A stretch of 63,535 bases of DNA, the filler included, from Vannella sp. (lineage: Eukaryota), in NCBI GenBank assembly GCA_023345925.1. It is 6 parts of 6 records of this genome, joined end to end, with 100 filler letters (N's around TTAATTAATTAA, not from the genome) between each part and the next. Parts side by side here need not be neighbours in the genome. Positions count along the whole stretch, not along the records: positions 1 to 18,353 come from JAJQQN010000440.1; 5 more parts are not named here. One strand, 5' to 3'. Positions within the stretch are counted from its first letter, which is position 1; each line of letters opens with the position of its first letter. The translations under genes and the position numbers were made by a program. Below are positions 1 to 12,100 of this stretch, in pieces. Below the pieces are notes generated by a model. That model ran no database searches, was not told where the DNA came from, and worked only from the letters and a program-made list of their open reading frames with translations.

Positions 1-306
1 ATAACCGACTCCAAGTTCCCGAGACCTTGAAGTGGAAAACGCCAAGCTTGCGCGACTGCATACCGTACCCATTACGCAATAATGACGCAATATGATAAGT
101 ACATCATATTGCCATGATATCACGGTCATTATTAGGGGAGCGCCGAATCATTTCAGGGTTAGTTAACGAAATGATCCAGGGTTAGTTCACGTAATACCTC
201 TTCTCATAATCTGTCAACTTTTCTGTGGCATAGCAAAAAATACGGGGTTTCCTCTAAATTACAGCTCAATTAGCTGGTTGCTAGTTTTCTTATTCTCATT
301 ATTATT

Positions 307-2112
307 ATGATCCGGCTGGGGTTAGGGCGTGTCTGGCAGGTCCGCTCTTGTGTGGGGTTGTTGGGTGGTGTTGGGCAGCAGAGGCGGATGGGGACGATGG
401 AAACATCGATCAAGGAGTTGCTGAAGAGCACTAGACCGAAGAAGGGTTTATCGCTGAAGCCTGCTCCCGGGTCTCGACCGCGCGATGTCGATCCAGCTCC
501 AAGTAGTTCGCTATCAGTCGATGCCATTGATGAAATAAGCACACGACTGTGTGCTCTTGCTCATGCAGGAGACACTGCTGGCGTGGAGTTATTCATTAAG
601 CAGCAGCCTTCTTGTCGGCTTCGTATTCCAGCTATTGACTCGGCCATGTTTCTTCTGGCTCAACCTCGGGCAACAAAGGAGGCTGGTGACTCATGGCGTC
701 CTCTTTTTGAGTTTGTAAGCTGGCTAGAACAGGCGAATGACACTCCCCTTCACCCTTCCGTCTACAAAAAGCTTCTCCGGCGCATTTCCAAGACCCCAGA
801 TGCTTGTCGATCAGTACTTGAGATGATGAATAACGCATCAAGGACGACACCAACACGAGAGACTTATGAGCAGGTTGTCTGCGCCTTTCTCGAGTCAAAT
901 CGCAAGTCGGAGGCCGTGGAAGTGCTGTTGGAAGGATCTGCACGCTTAGGAGGGGACCAAATGGTATCCTGTGCCAAGGCAATACTCAGTGAATACCTCA
1001 AATACGGTACCACTTGGAAGAAGCAGCAATCAGCCCTGGACGCCACCGAGAAGATCCTCTTACAAGTCCGTAACAGCGATGTCCACCTTCTGGCTATGAA
1101 GATCTACGCTCAGCATGCAAGTGTGGACCATGTGGTGGCTCTTTTCCAGGACCTGCAGAGTGATGCTACTTTAGGCACATTCCCAATGCACTATCGAGTC
1201 CTTCTGTTCGCTTTGTCTTCCAGTGGGAGGTTTGGCGAGGCCCTGTCGCTCTTAGGCGAGTTTGAAAATAAGGTTCCTGTCAAGCAGCAGGTCTATGAGA
1301 AGCTTGTTGAGCAGTTCGTTCAACAAGGTGGGTTCGAACAGGCCGTCTCCCTGGTTTCTATTATGCCAGAACCGTCTCCCCAAGCCTTCCACACTCTTAT
1401 TCGGGGCTGCATTGCAGGGGGTCATCAGAATACGGTGGAGCGCGTTGTCCATTTGATGCATTCCCGAGGTATTCAGTCTACCCCTGAAACATTCCAATCC
1501 ATGGTGGAGGGATATTGCACCCGAGGGAGCACCCATCAGGCAGTAGAGCTTTTATCACAAACTGGAGTGCCTATTCTTGCCGAGTCCGTTCATAGTCTCA
1601 TTCAAGGCTATCTTAAAGAGGGATGCAAAATGTCAATTACAGACCTCTACAGCAAAGTACAAAAACTCTCTCCAGGCTCTTTTGACCAAACCACAACCTT
1701 CTTACTGCTTCAATACGCTGTTGTAAAAGGAGAAATGGGAGTCGCAGAGAACTTATACGCCTACATGGAGGAGCAGTCCTTTGTGATTAAGATATCAACG
1801 TACAACCTCCTCTTCGAAGGATACTTCAAAGTGGGTCAGTTTGACAAGATATCCCAGTTACTATCAAACATGGGAACCCGCCTGGCCAAAAATCGGTCTA
1901 CCTTTGCCATTCTCATTACCAATTACGCTGCCGCTGGACTCAACAAAGAGGCGCTTGAGATCTTTGAAGAGATGAAGCATGTAGGAAAGTACCCAGCCAC
2001 TCCCTTTGAGAGAGAAGCAATGCAATCCTGTTCTGCAACGGAAAGTAAATTTCCTCCAAGTATCTTACAGACTCTTCAACAGCTCGTCCCTCAATTCAAT
2101 AAGGGCGCTTAA
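307..2112 (+). CDS. Pentatricopeptide-repeat (PPR) protein, probably mitochondrial
   Basis: Intronless 601-aa ORF. Arg/Gly-rich N-terminal presequence and PPR-like helical repeats (e.g. TYNLLFEGYFKVGQFDKISQLLSNM, TFAILITNYAAAGLNKEALEIFEEM). Confidence 0.85.
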   Translation: MIRLGLGRVWQVRSCVGLLGGVGQQRRMGTMETSIKELLKSTRPKKGLSLKPAPGSRPRDVDPAPSSSLSVDAIDEISTRLCALAHAGDTAGVELFIKQQPSCRLRIPAIDSAMFLLAQPRATKEAGDSWRPLFEFVSWLEQANDTPLHPSVYKKLLRRISKTPDACRSVLEMMNNASRTTPTRETYEQVVCAFLESNRKSEAVEVLLEGSARLGGDQMVSCAKAILSEYLKYGTTWKKQQSALDATEKILLQVRNSDVHLLAMKIYAQHASVDHVVALFQDLQSDATLGTFPMHYRVLLFALSSSGRFGEALSLLGEFENKVPVKQQVYEKLVEQFVQQGGFEQAVSLVSIMPEPSPQAFHTLIRGCIAGGHQNTVERVVHLMHSRGIQSTPETFQSMVEGYCTRGSTHQAVELLSQTGVPILAESVHSLIQGYLKEGCKMSITDLYSKVQKLSPGSFDQTTTFLLLQYAVVKGEMGVAENLYAYMEEQSFVIKISTYNLLFEGYFKVGQFDKISQLLSNMGTRLAKNRSTFAILITNYAAAGLNKEALEIFEEMKHVGKYPATPFEREAMQSCSATESKFPPSILQTLQQLVPQFNKGA

Positions 2113-2169
2113 CTTAACAGATAAATGATGACATACGGTATCTCCTTTGCCAGAGAGGGTTTTAGGTTC

Positions 2170-4011
2170 CTATTTGAGGCGCTTTTTAGCTTCTTCTTCA
2201 GGCCCAGCGTCTTCTGCAAGGAGTACTTTGGGCTGGGTCAGCTTATAAGCGTCTCCAAAGAAGATGGGGTCAGCCTTGGCCTGCTCTGCATACTTGAGCA
2301 AAGCCTCTCGAGGGTCCTGGACCTGCTTTTCCACAATAATCATGTTTCGCACGAGATGCTGGCTGAGACTGGATCCTACTTGCCCCTTTGCTCCCTTGGC
2401 AAGATTGGGAGCGGGAGGAAGGTCTGGTTTCTTGGATTTGATGGGATCTCGGCGGTCGAGATTCTTCTTCCGTTGGGCACTTTGCTCGGCAACGACAACA
2501 TCGTTTTCGTCGGGCATGTAGATCTCTCCCATTGTGTCACCAGCCACGTATCCAGATGTCTTTCTTTGACCCGCATTCTTGCTCTTGCCCATGAGGACTC
2601 CGTTTTGGCTGAGCATTGGAGAGTGGAAGACTCTAATCTGTTTGTCACCACAACCCACAAAGATTTGGTTCAGCTTTGGGTGCCAGAGCAAGGACACAAC
2701 ACTGTTACTGCACACATCAATTTGATGGACCTCTTCAATAACTGGCTGTTTCATGTCGTAGAACAGGAGCTTGCCCATTCCCGACCCAGGTCTTACAGTG
2801 GTACCCGTCACAACTATTCGCTCGTCCGGGCTCAAGCAGAGACCCACTCCGGCAATATTTTCAAGACCTTCACACACATGCAGTGCTTGTTGCGGCTTCC
2901 GCAAGTCCCAGAACTTGAGTGTGTCATCCGTTCCGCGACTGATGACCGTATTTCCATCGCTTGTCACTCGTACACAAGACACATCCGATTGGTCCCGATG
3001 AGCACCCCGAATAGCAGTGGCTGGAAGGCGGTGGTTGCCATTCATTGGCCACACTTGAATTGAGCCATCTCGACAACCTGCCACGATAAGATTGCGTCCG
3101 CAGTTCCACGGGGATGTGGTCATGCAAGTGACTGGGACCCGCATATTCTTCTGGTTCTTGGCCCGGATCATCTCTAGATGGCGATCTGTTCTCTCTACAT
3201 TCCAAATACGGACGGTTGTGTCTACTGAAGATGTCACAAAGCGCCCAGAGTTCTCTGCATCCCAACTCAAGTTGGTAATGGCAGCAACATGCCCCTTTGT
3301 GTGCTGCATGTCCAGGATGTAAGGGTCTCCCTTCACATAATCAGCAATCATATGTCCATCTCTATCGTAAAGGCGTGCATTGAGGGTTGCTGGAGCCACC
3401 AGAAACTGTGAACCCGTCTCATTCCATTGAAGATCAGCAATTGTGTGACCCTCCTGGACCTCAACAGATCGAAAGCTATTCAAACGATCAGTAAAATGAA
3501 AGAAAAGTGTGAAGGAAGACTCTTACCTGCAGTAGTCTGACATCATTCCCGCAAAGTCCCAGAAGCGAACGTGAAAGTCTTCTGATCCACTAAGAAGCCG
3601 ACTTCCAGAAGGATCAATGGCAAGTGTAGTTACCGATGCCTTATGCCCCTTCATTTCTACCATCTCAGAGACCGGCAGAGGGAAGTCATCCAACCTTTGG
3701 GCTGCTTTGAGAGGAGCCCCCCGGACAGGCAAAGAAGGAGCCTGGAAGATACTCTCTTGGGCCTCCTCAGGAGCCCCAGAGCGCTTCTTCTTCTTTGCAA
3801 ACTTGCTCAAGTCATAAGGATCCTCTTCCACAGTAGCAGCAGCTGCGGGAGACACAAACCGGCGTTTCTTCCCAAACGAAGTTGGCATGAAGCTAGCCAG
3901 AAGGTCCTCCTTCTTGACCTCCGCCGAACCCACCCCAACAGATACAGGAGCTCTCTGCCTTGCCAAGGACTTTGGAAGGAACGCGCTCAGAGCATCCGGC
4001 TTGCTGCCCAT
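2170..4011 (-). CDS. WDR70: WD40-repeat protein WDR70/Gad1 homolog
   Basis: Motifs LAIDPSGSRLLSGS..VRFWDFAGM, KGDPYILDMQHTKGH, RRDPIKSKKPDLP and DPREALLKYA. One GT-AG intron at 3476-3526 joins ORFs 3523..4017 and 2170..3483. Confidence 0.9.
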
Positions 4012-4129
4012 AACCAAATAATGTCCTCGCCGGCGCCAACAAAATGGCCAAATGATTTAATGTAACGATTGCTTTACATAAAAAATTCGCCAAAGGTGAG
4101 CGATTTAGTCAGTTTCTGGAACGCGTGTC

Positions 4130-7100
4130 ATGGAGAGGCGTGAGTCCGCTGACCGGTCACCGGGCCTGTTCGGGTCTCCGATGCGGCTTTTGCGGAGGAA
4201 GAAGGAGAAGGTGGCGATCTCGTATCAGGTGCTGGGGCAGAGCGGTCTGGAGAATGGAAGTGTGGTCTTTCCAGGGGAACCTATTTCGCATTCGTGGACC
4301 GTTCGTAACGCTGCTCCACTTCATTCGAAGGAGAAGGGCAAGGTTGTAAAGCTCCTCTTTTCTCATGGCACCGAGCTCTGCCCTCAAGTGCTCTTCCTCT
4401 GGCCTGTTCCAGGCAAAACGGTTGCTGTAAGCCCTCTCTCCCTGTCCCTATCCCTCTCTGGTGGCAGTAACTGACGATAGTTTGGCTAGTTCACAATCAA
4501 ATCAAATGCCCCCACTGCACCAGGAAGCTACGAGAGCCACTGGAGACTGGAAGGCGCTAAAGAAGCCGAGTTCTCCCTCCGTTTTCAAGTTGTCGGCACA
4601 CAGGGCACCCCCGTTCACACAACACTGTCCTCGGGACATACATCCAATGACTCTCCACTCCCAAGTCCAGATGGAAAGAAGAGGCGCTCTAATAGCAAGA
4701 AGGAGCTCGCGCAGGATGACAGTCACCCTTCTGATCTCCCCAAGCGAGAGAGAAGCATGACAACGGATGTATCACAGTTCGGAAGCATTGGATCTACAAG
4801 TCGCCATCGTAAGAAGGACGCAGAGAGCTCTGGAAAAGGTAAAAAGGGGCCGAGGGACGCTAAGAGTCGTCTTTCGATGATGCTCCCGGTCTCCACAGCC
4901 GACGAGAACCGCAGCAGATCTACCTCTATGGTGAATCAAAACAGCTCTAGAAGACCTGGCGAGTCTGGCAATCACGTTCGAATGATGGACAACATCCTCA
5001 TGGCCGACTCTATTACCGGCGATTTCGCTCGTATGACAGCCTCCCTTGCTATGGCTAGTACCTCTGAGTACCAAGAAGGAAGTGAGTGTACGGAAGACAC
5101 AAGCGAAGGGACGGAAGGATCGACCGGTTCACTTCGGGGACGCGCGTCTCCTCTATGCACCGCTGCTAAGCCCTCCAACGACCTTTCTAGCGTCACCTCC
5201 GAAGAGATCCCATCTACTGTGTTAGAACAACTAGTCGAACCACGAGAGGAGCCCCCCAAGTCTGTCTCCTCACCGAAGGAGCCCAAACAGACCAGCCAGG
5301 AGAAGGACCAACAGGAACAGCAAGAGAAGGAGCAAGAGGAGGAGGAAAGCGCTCTCTCAACAGACGTTGAGACGAGAGGACTGGGTATTGAGGCCTCAAC
5401 GTCTACCCCTCCGCCCTCCCCCGATGCCAACAGCGAACAAACTTCCTCCGTTCCTCCAGAGGAGGGAGTCCTCATTGCCGTTAAGCGGACTCCTTCCTCT
5501 GGCTCCACAACTTCACCCAAACTGGACCGTTCGATGAGGTCCAAGTCGTTCCAAGTGCGTCCATCGGCAAGTCCGTTGAGCCGACATTCCGGCGGGGAAG
5601 CTGCAGATCTTCCCAACTTGGATGAAATAGAGCACTCAACGACTCGTGGGCCTTCTCAAAGCATTCTGGACGATTTTCCTGAACTTCCTGACATCGAAGG
5701 AGATTCTGTGCAGCGCCAGCAACCTCCAGATACGCTGCTTTCTCGCTGGCAGGAGTCTGTGATTAGCAAAGCCAGTGAGAATCTGACTATCCAGCAATCG
5801 GAGCGCAAGCGGAAGCTTCTGGATCTCTCTGTATCGATGAAAGATGTTCGTAAACGTTTGAATGACCAACTGCCGTTGGCAGTCAAGACGACTGCTCAAC
5901 CAGATGTCCCTCGCAGGGATTCAAATAGCATTTTGGTGGCCTCTCCCCGCCGCCTGGTGGACTTTGTCAAGCCCACAACGTCACTTTCTGCTTTGATAGA
6001 TGTGGAACGGACTATTCAGTCTTATCTGGAACTTTCTCAGCGGCTAAAAGAACAACTCAGTCGACTTCAAGCGGAGGAGGATACTGAAAAGGCTTTAGGA
6101 GAGGCGATTCAACCAAGTCTTTCTGCTATTCTCTCCTCTCTTGATCCTTTACAATCTACTCAAATGCTTGTCCAGCGAAGTAGAGAGAAGGTCAGTTGTA
6201 TCTAGAACACTCTAGGAGGAGATCTCACACGATTCTAGTTGGAAGGGGCTCAAGAAGTAGGTGGCCTTCCCATGTGGACGTGGAAGAGAATATTCTCTTT
6301 CCTCCCTCCTTCCGCTCTATCCGCTGTGTCACGGACCTGTCGTGGTTGGAAGAACGTATCTGAAGATGGTGAGTTGACCGATTTCCCTTTTTTAATGTCT
6401 CCTCAAAGATTGGGCTGGCCGAATTAGATACACTTTGGGAAGGGCATTGCCGCTCTCTTCGCAGTTCCGAAGAGGAACTGGGCCGATCTGGCTTTGTTAG
6501 AGATTATTCTTTCAAGCAACTTTACAGGATTGAAGCACTTCACGGGCAATGGTTTGAGGCCACGAACGAATGGGAAAGGCAAATCTGCTGTCCTTTCGAC
6601 TCCACTTCATTTAATTGGCCTGTTTATGACCTTGAAATAGTGGATAACTCTCTCGTCACAGTCTCTGGTAGGTTTTGTGCTACTTGGATGATTATTGGAC
6701 TAAGTGGTGATCGCAGATTGCCTCCGAGTTTATGATTTGAAGCGGAACACTGTCCGATCTGTTTTGGGTGGTCACAATAAGCTTGTAACTGCTGTTCGAA
6801 TGTCTGGTGATGGACGAGCTTGCGTGACTGGCTCATTGGACAAGACTGTGAAAATCTGGTCTCTTGCAGATGAAGATTGCCTTCATACACTCGAAGGCCA
6901 TGAGGGACCCATTTCAGCAGTGCATCACAACAAACAGATGGTGATTAGTGCCTGCGAACAAGACAAGACGGTGAAAGTGTGGGACATGAAATCAGGAGAA
7001 TGTCGATTCACTCTCCCGTTCCCTGATGCCCCGGTCACTTCCCTCGCAGTCAACTCCACTGAACCATCCGGCCATCTATTCTTTGGCCATACGGATGGCT

Positions 7101-7596
7101 GCATTAGTACCTGGGACATCGAAACACAGCAGCAAGTGCATTCTACCAAAGTCACAAACAACGCCATCACAGACTTCCAGATCGTAGGCCAGCAGCTACT
7201 TGCCTCAGACTATTCCCGCATCTACTTGAACGGGCTTTACGCCACAAATAGTAAGAACCCCTCGTTTTCTACCGCCACGGAAGAGCTGACAGTGGTCCAA
7301 TCTAGATCATTCGAGTAGCAGCATGTCACCCATTATGCCCAAGAATGTAGGAAGTCTCCAAAGCGACGGCTACAAGCTCGGTGTCCAAGTGGGCGGGCGA
7401 TTGGAAGTGTACGATGTCCGCAAGCTCTTTCACCAACCGACCTCTGGAGCGGTTGACAACTTGTGGAAAGTAAGTCCTTCCCCCAAAACGCGCACTTTAC
7501 TCACCCCACACCAAGGGAGCTTTCCAATTCCACGAGAACGCAGTCTTTGTGGGCGGCGGCGATGGAAAGATCCACAAGCTTTTCCCTTTTGTGTAA
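4130..7596 (+). CDS. Multi-exon protein: NBR1/ILRUN FW (Ig-like) domain + long low-complexity/coiled-coil region + F-box + WD40 repeats
   Basis: FW motif GSVVFPGEPISHSWTVRN...APTAPGSYESHWRL after splicing an intron near 4427-4489. The frame continues into ORF 4757. F-box LPMWTWKRIFSFLPPSALSAVSRTCRGW. WD40 repeats GHNKLVTAVRM..VTGSLDKTVKIW and GHEGPISAV. About 6 short GT-AG introns; stop TAA at 7594-7596. Confidence 0.75.
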
Positions 7597-7771
7597 TTAT
7601 AGATATTCTCCAAACAAATCAGAAGTGGGTTTTTTAATATCTTGGTAATTGGGAATAATGCTCTTTCGGCTGGAAGCCAAATCTCCATGGTTATTGTGCG
7701 ATTATTGTACAATTCCCTTCTTCTTTTGTTCTTGGTCATTTGGTGAACCTTTTGGTCATTGTTTATCTTGG

Positions 7772-9077
7772 ATGGAGGCTTTGGAGGCGAAGAAGTGTCA
7801 CAAGGAGATGGTTACGTTCTGCACGTACAAGCTGAGGACGTTTTTGGGCTTTGATGAAGTGGGGGACTTGGCCCAGCAGATTCTCCTTGCCCCAGACGCT
7901 GAAACAGGCGAGATCATTCGTGTAAGAGGCCTGATCACTTGCTAGATCAACCCCTGATGTGCTTTGCAGGCCATTATCGACCCAGAGCCCGCCATGACGA
8001 AGAAAGTGAACTCCTTCGCGAACGAGCTGCTTAGCATGAGGAGGAAGTACAACGCTCTCTTGGAGAAAGATCGATCTCGCTTAACAACCCTCCAGCCTGC
8101 AGTAAGTTGGCTACCTCTCAAAGTACCCCGAGAGCTACTCACTCAAGCGTCTCAGCCGCTTGCACAGGGCATCGTTGCCTACCAGAAGAAGGCCGAGCCT
8201 GAAGGGACGATAGGACAGAAGAAGAAGAAGGCGCCCAGCAAGAAACAGAAGCAAGTCCGCCAACAGGAGAACCGTGCTCCTTCCGCGAAGTTCGTTCGCA
8301 AGCCGTGTGACTGCCAAGCACTAGTGCACGCGCTTGTGAACAACTGCCTCAAGTGTGGGAAGATCATATGCGCACGAGAGGGAGAAGGGCCTTGTATGTT
8401 CTGTGGAGCGAACGAAGCCGCTCTCCAATCGGACGACATTCAGAAGGCCACTGCCCACCGCGACAAGCTCATAGGGTACGATACAGACGCAAGAATCAAC
8501 AAAGTTTACGGTGAGGCCTCGCTGGTCCTCCTTCTCAGAGAGTCAGACTCTCATGCATCTGACAGATGACCAATCGGACCATTTTGACTTCCTTGGGAAC
8601 CAATGGCTCTCTGAAGCTGAGAGAGACTTAATGAAGAAGCGACAGGAAGAAACTGAAGCCCGAATCCGAGACGAACAACGAAAAATTGTGGTGACTTTGG
8701 ACATTGCCGGTCGCCGGATTGTCCAACACAATACCGAAGATTTGGCCTATCAGCAGGAGGATGTGAATGCTTCGCCTTTAGAGTATGCCAACCAAATTGA
8801 AGCTCGCAATAACTCTCTTTCGTCGGGATTGTCAAGTCGAGGAGGATCGGTTGTGCCAGAGGACGAGGAAGTGATGGACGAAGAGTCACTTTTGGATCCT
8901 TTTAGGATTGCAGAGACGGACCACCGGCAAAGTGGGGCCTTCCAGAATCCTTTCCTGCAGTGTCAGCGACCAGCGTTCCTTCCAAGTGGCACAAAACGGG
9001 GAAAGGATTTTCTCCAAAGTGAAGGGATTAAGAGTTCCCACGAACGAACCCGCCCCACCTCGCATCACCCGGCTTGA
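7772..9077 (+). CDS. TRIP4: Activating signal cointegrator 1 (TRIP4/Rqt4)-like C2HC5 zinc-finger protein
   Basis: CDCQALVHALVNNCLKCGKIICAREGEGPCMFCG, HRDKLIGYD, DDQSDHF and KIVVTLDIAGRRIV. Two introns. The 3' end is uncertain. Confidence 0.85.
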
Positions 9078-9134
9078 AGGAATGTTTAAAGGAACTTTAT
9101 CGCTGAAAGCTAGTTCCTTCAAGAGGGAAAGAGC

Positions 9135-12100
9135 TCAAAGTGGCGCACCACAAAATGCGTTTTGGGTAAACGGGGTGGCTGGCTGGAACAATGAAGTGAA
9201 AAGGTAATTCCTGAAGGTCCTGGTCTGCTTGAAAGAGTTTCCTTCGCAACTGAGGAGGAATTGGTTCAAACTGCCAATGACAGGGACGAGCGCAGCATAA
9301 TCTGCCTTCTTCTCCAGCACTGTCAGATCCTTGGATGACTGCCGGAGAAGCTTTTCCTTCACAGGCCGTGTAAGAAGGCTTCCGGTTACACGATCAACTT
9401 GCAAAAGGAGGAAGAGGTGAATCGCACGGTAAGACAATCTGGCTGATGGAGAGAGTGTCGAAGCAACACCTCCTAGACCAAAGAGACTTCCTTGTTTGTC
9501 TTCAGCAAGTTGACAGGAAGTGTCCATGATGGCAGAAATAAGCTGTTTGAGGGATGGATCCAGACAGCCGAAAATATTGATTAACTGAAGCAGTTCATCG
9601 AGGATCATGAAGAACAGAAAGAGTGCCACTTGCTCTCCTGACTCCCTAGATGGTACAAAACGCAAAACAGTTTCCCACGCTTCATATAAAATAGCTACGG
9701 AGGCCCCTGGGCCAGTACGGGAACTCCCCAATCGAGGTATGAAGTAACAGTATAACACCAACCCACACCCTTTCGAAGCAAGGTTCTGAAACTCGCGATG
9801 AGGGAAGTCTGTTGGAACAACGAACTGTCCAAGAATGTCCGCCCAGCTTCCTCCTTTTTCAAAGTGTCTGAACAGAGCGCGTTCGCAGATACTTGGTAAG
9901 AGGGCCAGCGGGAAACGAAGTTCTTGTGTGCAAGCCCAAAGGACAAATTTGGCTGAATGAGGTTCCATTATTGTTTGGAGAAGAGAAGCTCCAAATCCCT
10001 CCCACACTGGCATTGAAAGCACTTTCAGCAGAACACGGGAGCATTCAATAACTAATAGAGGCCCCACTATCCGCAGCGATGTCTGTGAATGCTCTGCCAC
10101 CTCTGCTGCCAGCTTTTCTAAAGATTCATGAATAACAGGAACCAGCTCAGGGGGTTGAACAGGGCAGCGTGCCATCCACTCGACTAGGAAATGCGCAAAG
10201 CAATTCATGCAAGAGAAGTAATCTCGGTACCTCTCATCCGAAAGAGCCTGCTGCTTGTCTTTCATTGTCCAAGGCCCCTTCAGCGACTCCAAAAAGAAGT
10301 AAAATTGATAGGACTTGGCCCTCGCGAGAACATCTGATTGCACAGGACTAGAGAGCCGAAGGCTCCTTATCTGACCAGGACGATAAAGATAAGTGACAAT
10401 GGAGGATATAATTGGACTCTCGAGCATCTTGCCATAACTTTCTGCAGACAGATTCGACCAAGAAATCTCTTTCACAAGCTCTTCCATGTAAGATTTGACC
10501 TCTGTGGGAATTGGATACGTTTGAGAGTGATACAAAGCAAGGAGAGGCAAGAAGAACTGGGGGATAGTTGGGTTTCTGTTGTCAAAAGCTCTCGAAGCAA
10601 TCCCGATCATGTAATTGAAGAAGAAGACTGCTGGTGTTGGCGGTTGGAGCAAATGGCTGGTGCAAACGCCTCCCATTACCTCCGCAAAAGAAGCCCAATC
10701 CGTAAAGGCTTCCCAGTAGGGAAGCATCTCTCGTCTCATCAGCTCCATTTGATAAACTTTCCACTGGTGTATCGCATGGGATGGTATCCAGTAGGACACA
10801 ATAAAGTTCCACAACAGTCCGGTGATTCTAGCAACCTCCAGAGGGAATAGCTGAGCAAGTCGCCCAACCTGCTTAAGAAAGGTATTAATGAATGGACCTG
10901 CTTCAGGAGATTCCGACTCTGTCCATGCAGTTGGCGTCCGGCTTTGGAGGATGAGAAGATTGCCAATCCAGGGAACAAAAAGATTTCCGAGATATTCAAA
11001 GGCATAAGGAGGACAAAGATCTGGGTTCTGGAGACGGAACAGGCGGTCGCTCAGATGCTGATGTAAAGTGCTTATGTTCTCCATCTGATCTCTCCATATA
11101 CTTCCATAGAGACTTCCTGTTTGACGGAATCCCAGCAAGATCTCCTTAATGACTGTAGAAGCTTGAATGATGACACTGGGATGCAATGGTTGGCCTCCAG
11201 GTTGGATCATTTGCAAAAAACAAGACCAAGTGTCGTTACCAATCGTGTTCTTCCCACTTCCTGCAATCACGCAGTCAAGAGCAGGAAGGAAGAAAAGGGG
11301 AAAGTGGTGCGATAAAATGCGCTTGAAAGATGGGGCTTGTTGGTGTCTATTAGAGCACACCATTTTCAGTAGCTTGACACATTCCACATACGAAGGATGA
11401 TCACAAGGCGTTGTTTGCGATAAAGAGAGTAGAGAAAGCCAACGCTCCTCATCTAGGCATGCCCGAAGATAGTCATTCGTCTCGTTATTATTGGTAGAAG
11501 TCCGCTGAAGTACCACTTCAAAGAGGGGAATAAAGTAGTCAATATTACTCATCGGATAGAACATCTCGCGGCATAACTGTGCGCGGAATGGGTCGGCCAA
11601 GAGAATTTGGTAGATATGAATCAAACGCGGCGATTGACTGAGTACAGTGGACTCAAGCTGGCGCAATCCATCGATTAGCAAATGTCGCACAGGAATGAAT
11701 CGTCCACTCCGCTCGGTAACACTCTCTAAGAGTGTAATGAAGATGCTTTCTGCATTGGCAAAAAGGGCACGGAAGACTGCAGGCTCTTCGAAACTGGTTC
11801 CTGCCTGTCTCTCATGTTGATTAAGAAGTTGCTGTAGCCTCTTTAACGTACAACGGAGCTGCAAAGCTCTCGCATAGAAAGATTCAAAATGTTTCTCGTC
11901 CTTCTGATTCTCGCTGATAATACTTTGAATGGCCTTTTCCACGTTAGCTCGAGAGGTTAAAGTATCATTTGGTATCGCCATCGTATCAATTGGCACAACT
12001 CTTAGCGTTGGAGGACACCTCTGTGAACGGCATTGGAAGGTCAATTCCGTAGGAACCTTCATGTAAGCGAACAATTTGTTGAGGATACCTGCCAGCGATT

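Noticed and set aside
2125..3063. Long antisense ORFs (312 aa here, many more opposite dynein)
   Set aside because: Shadow ORFs caused by codon bias of the sense genes; no recognisable motifs.
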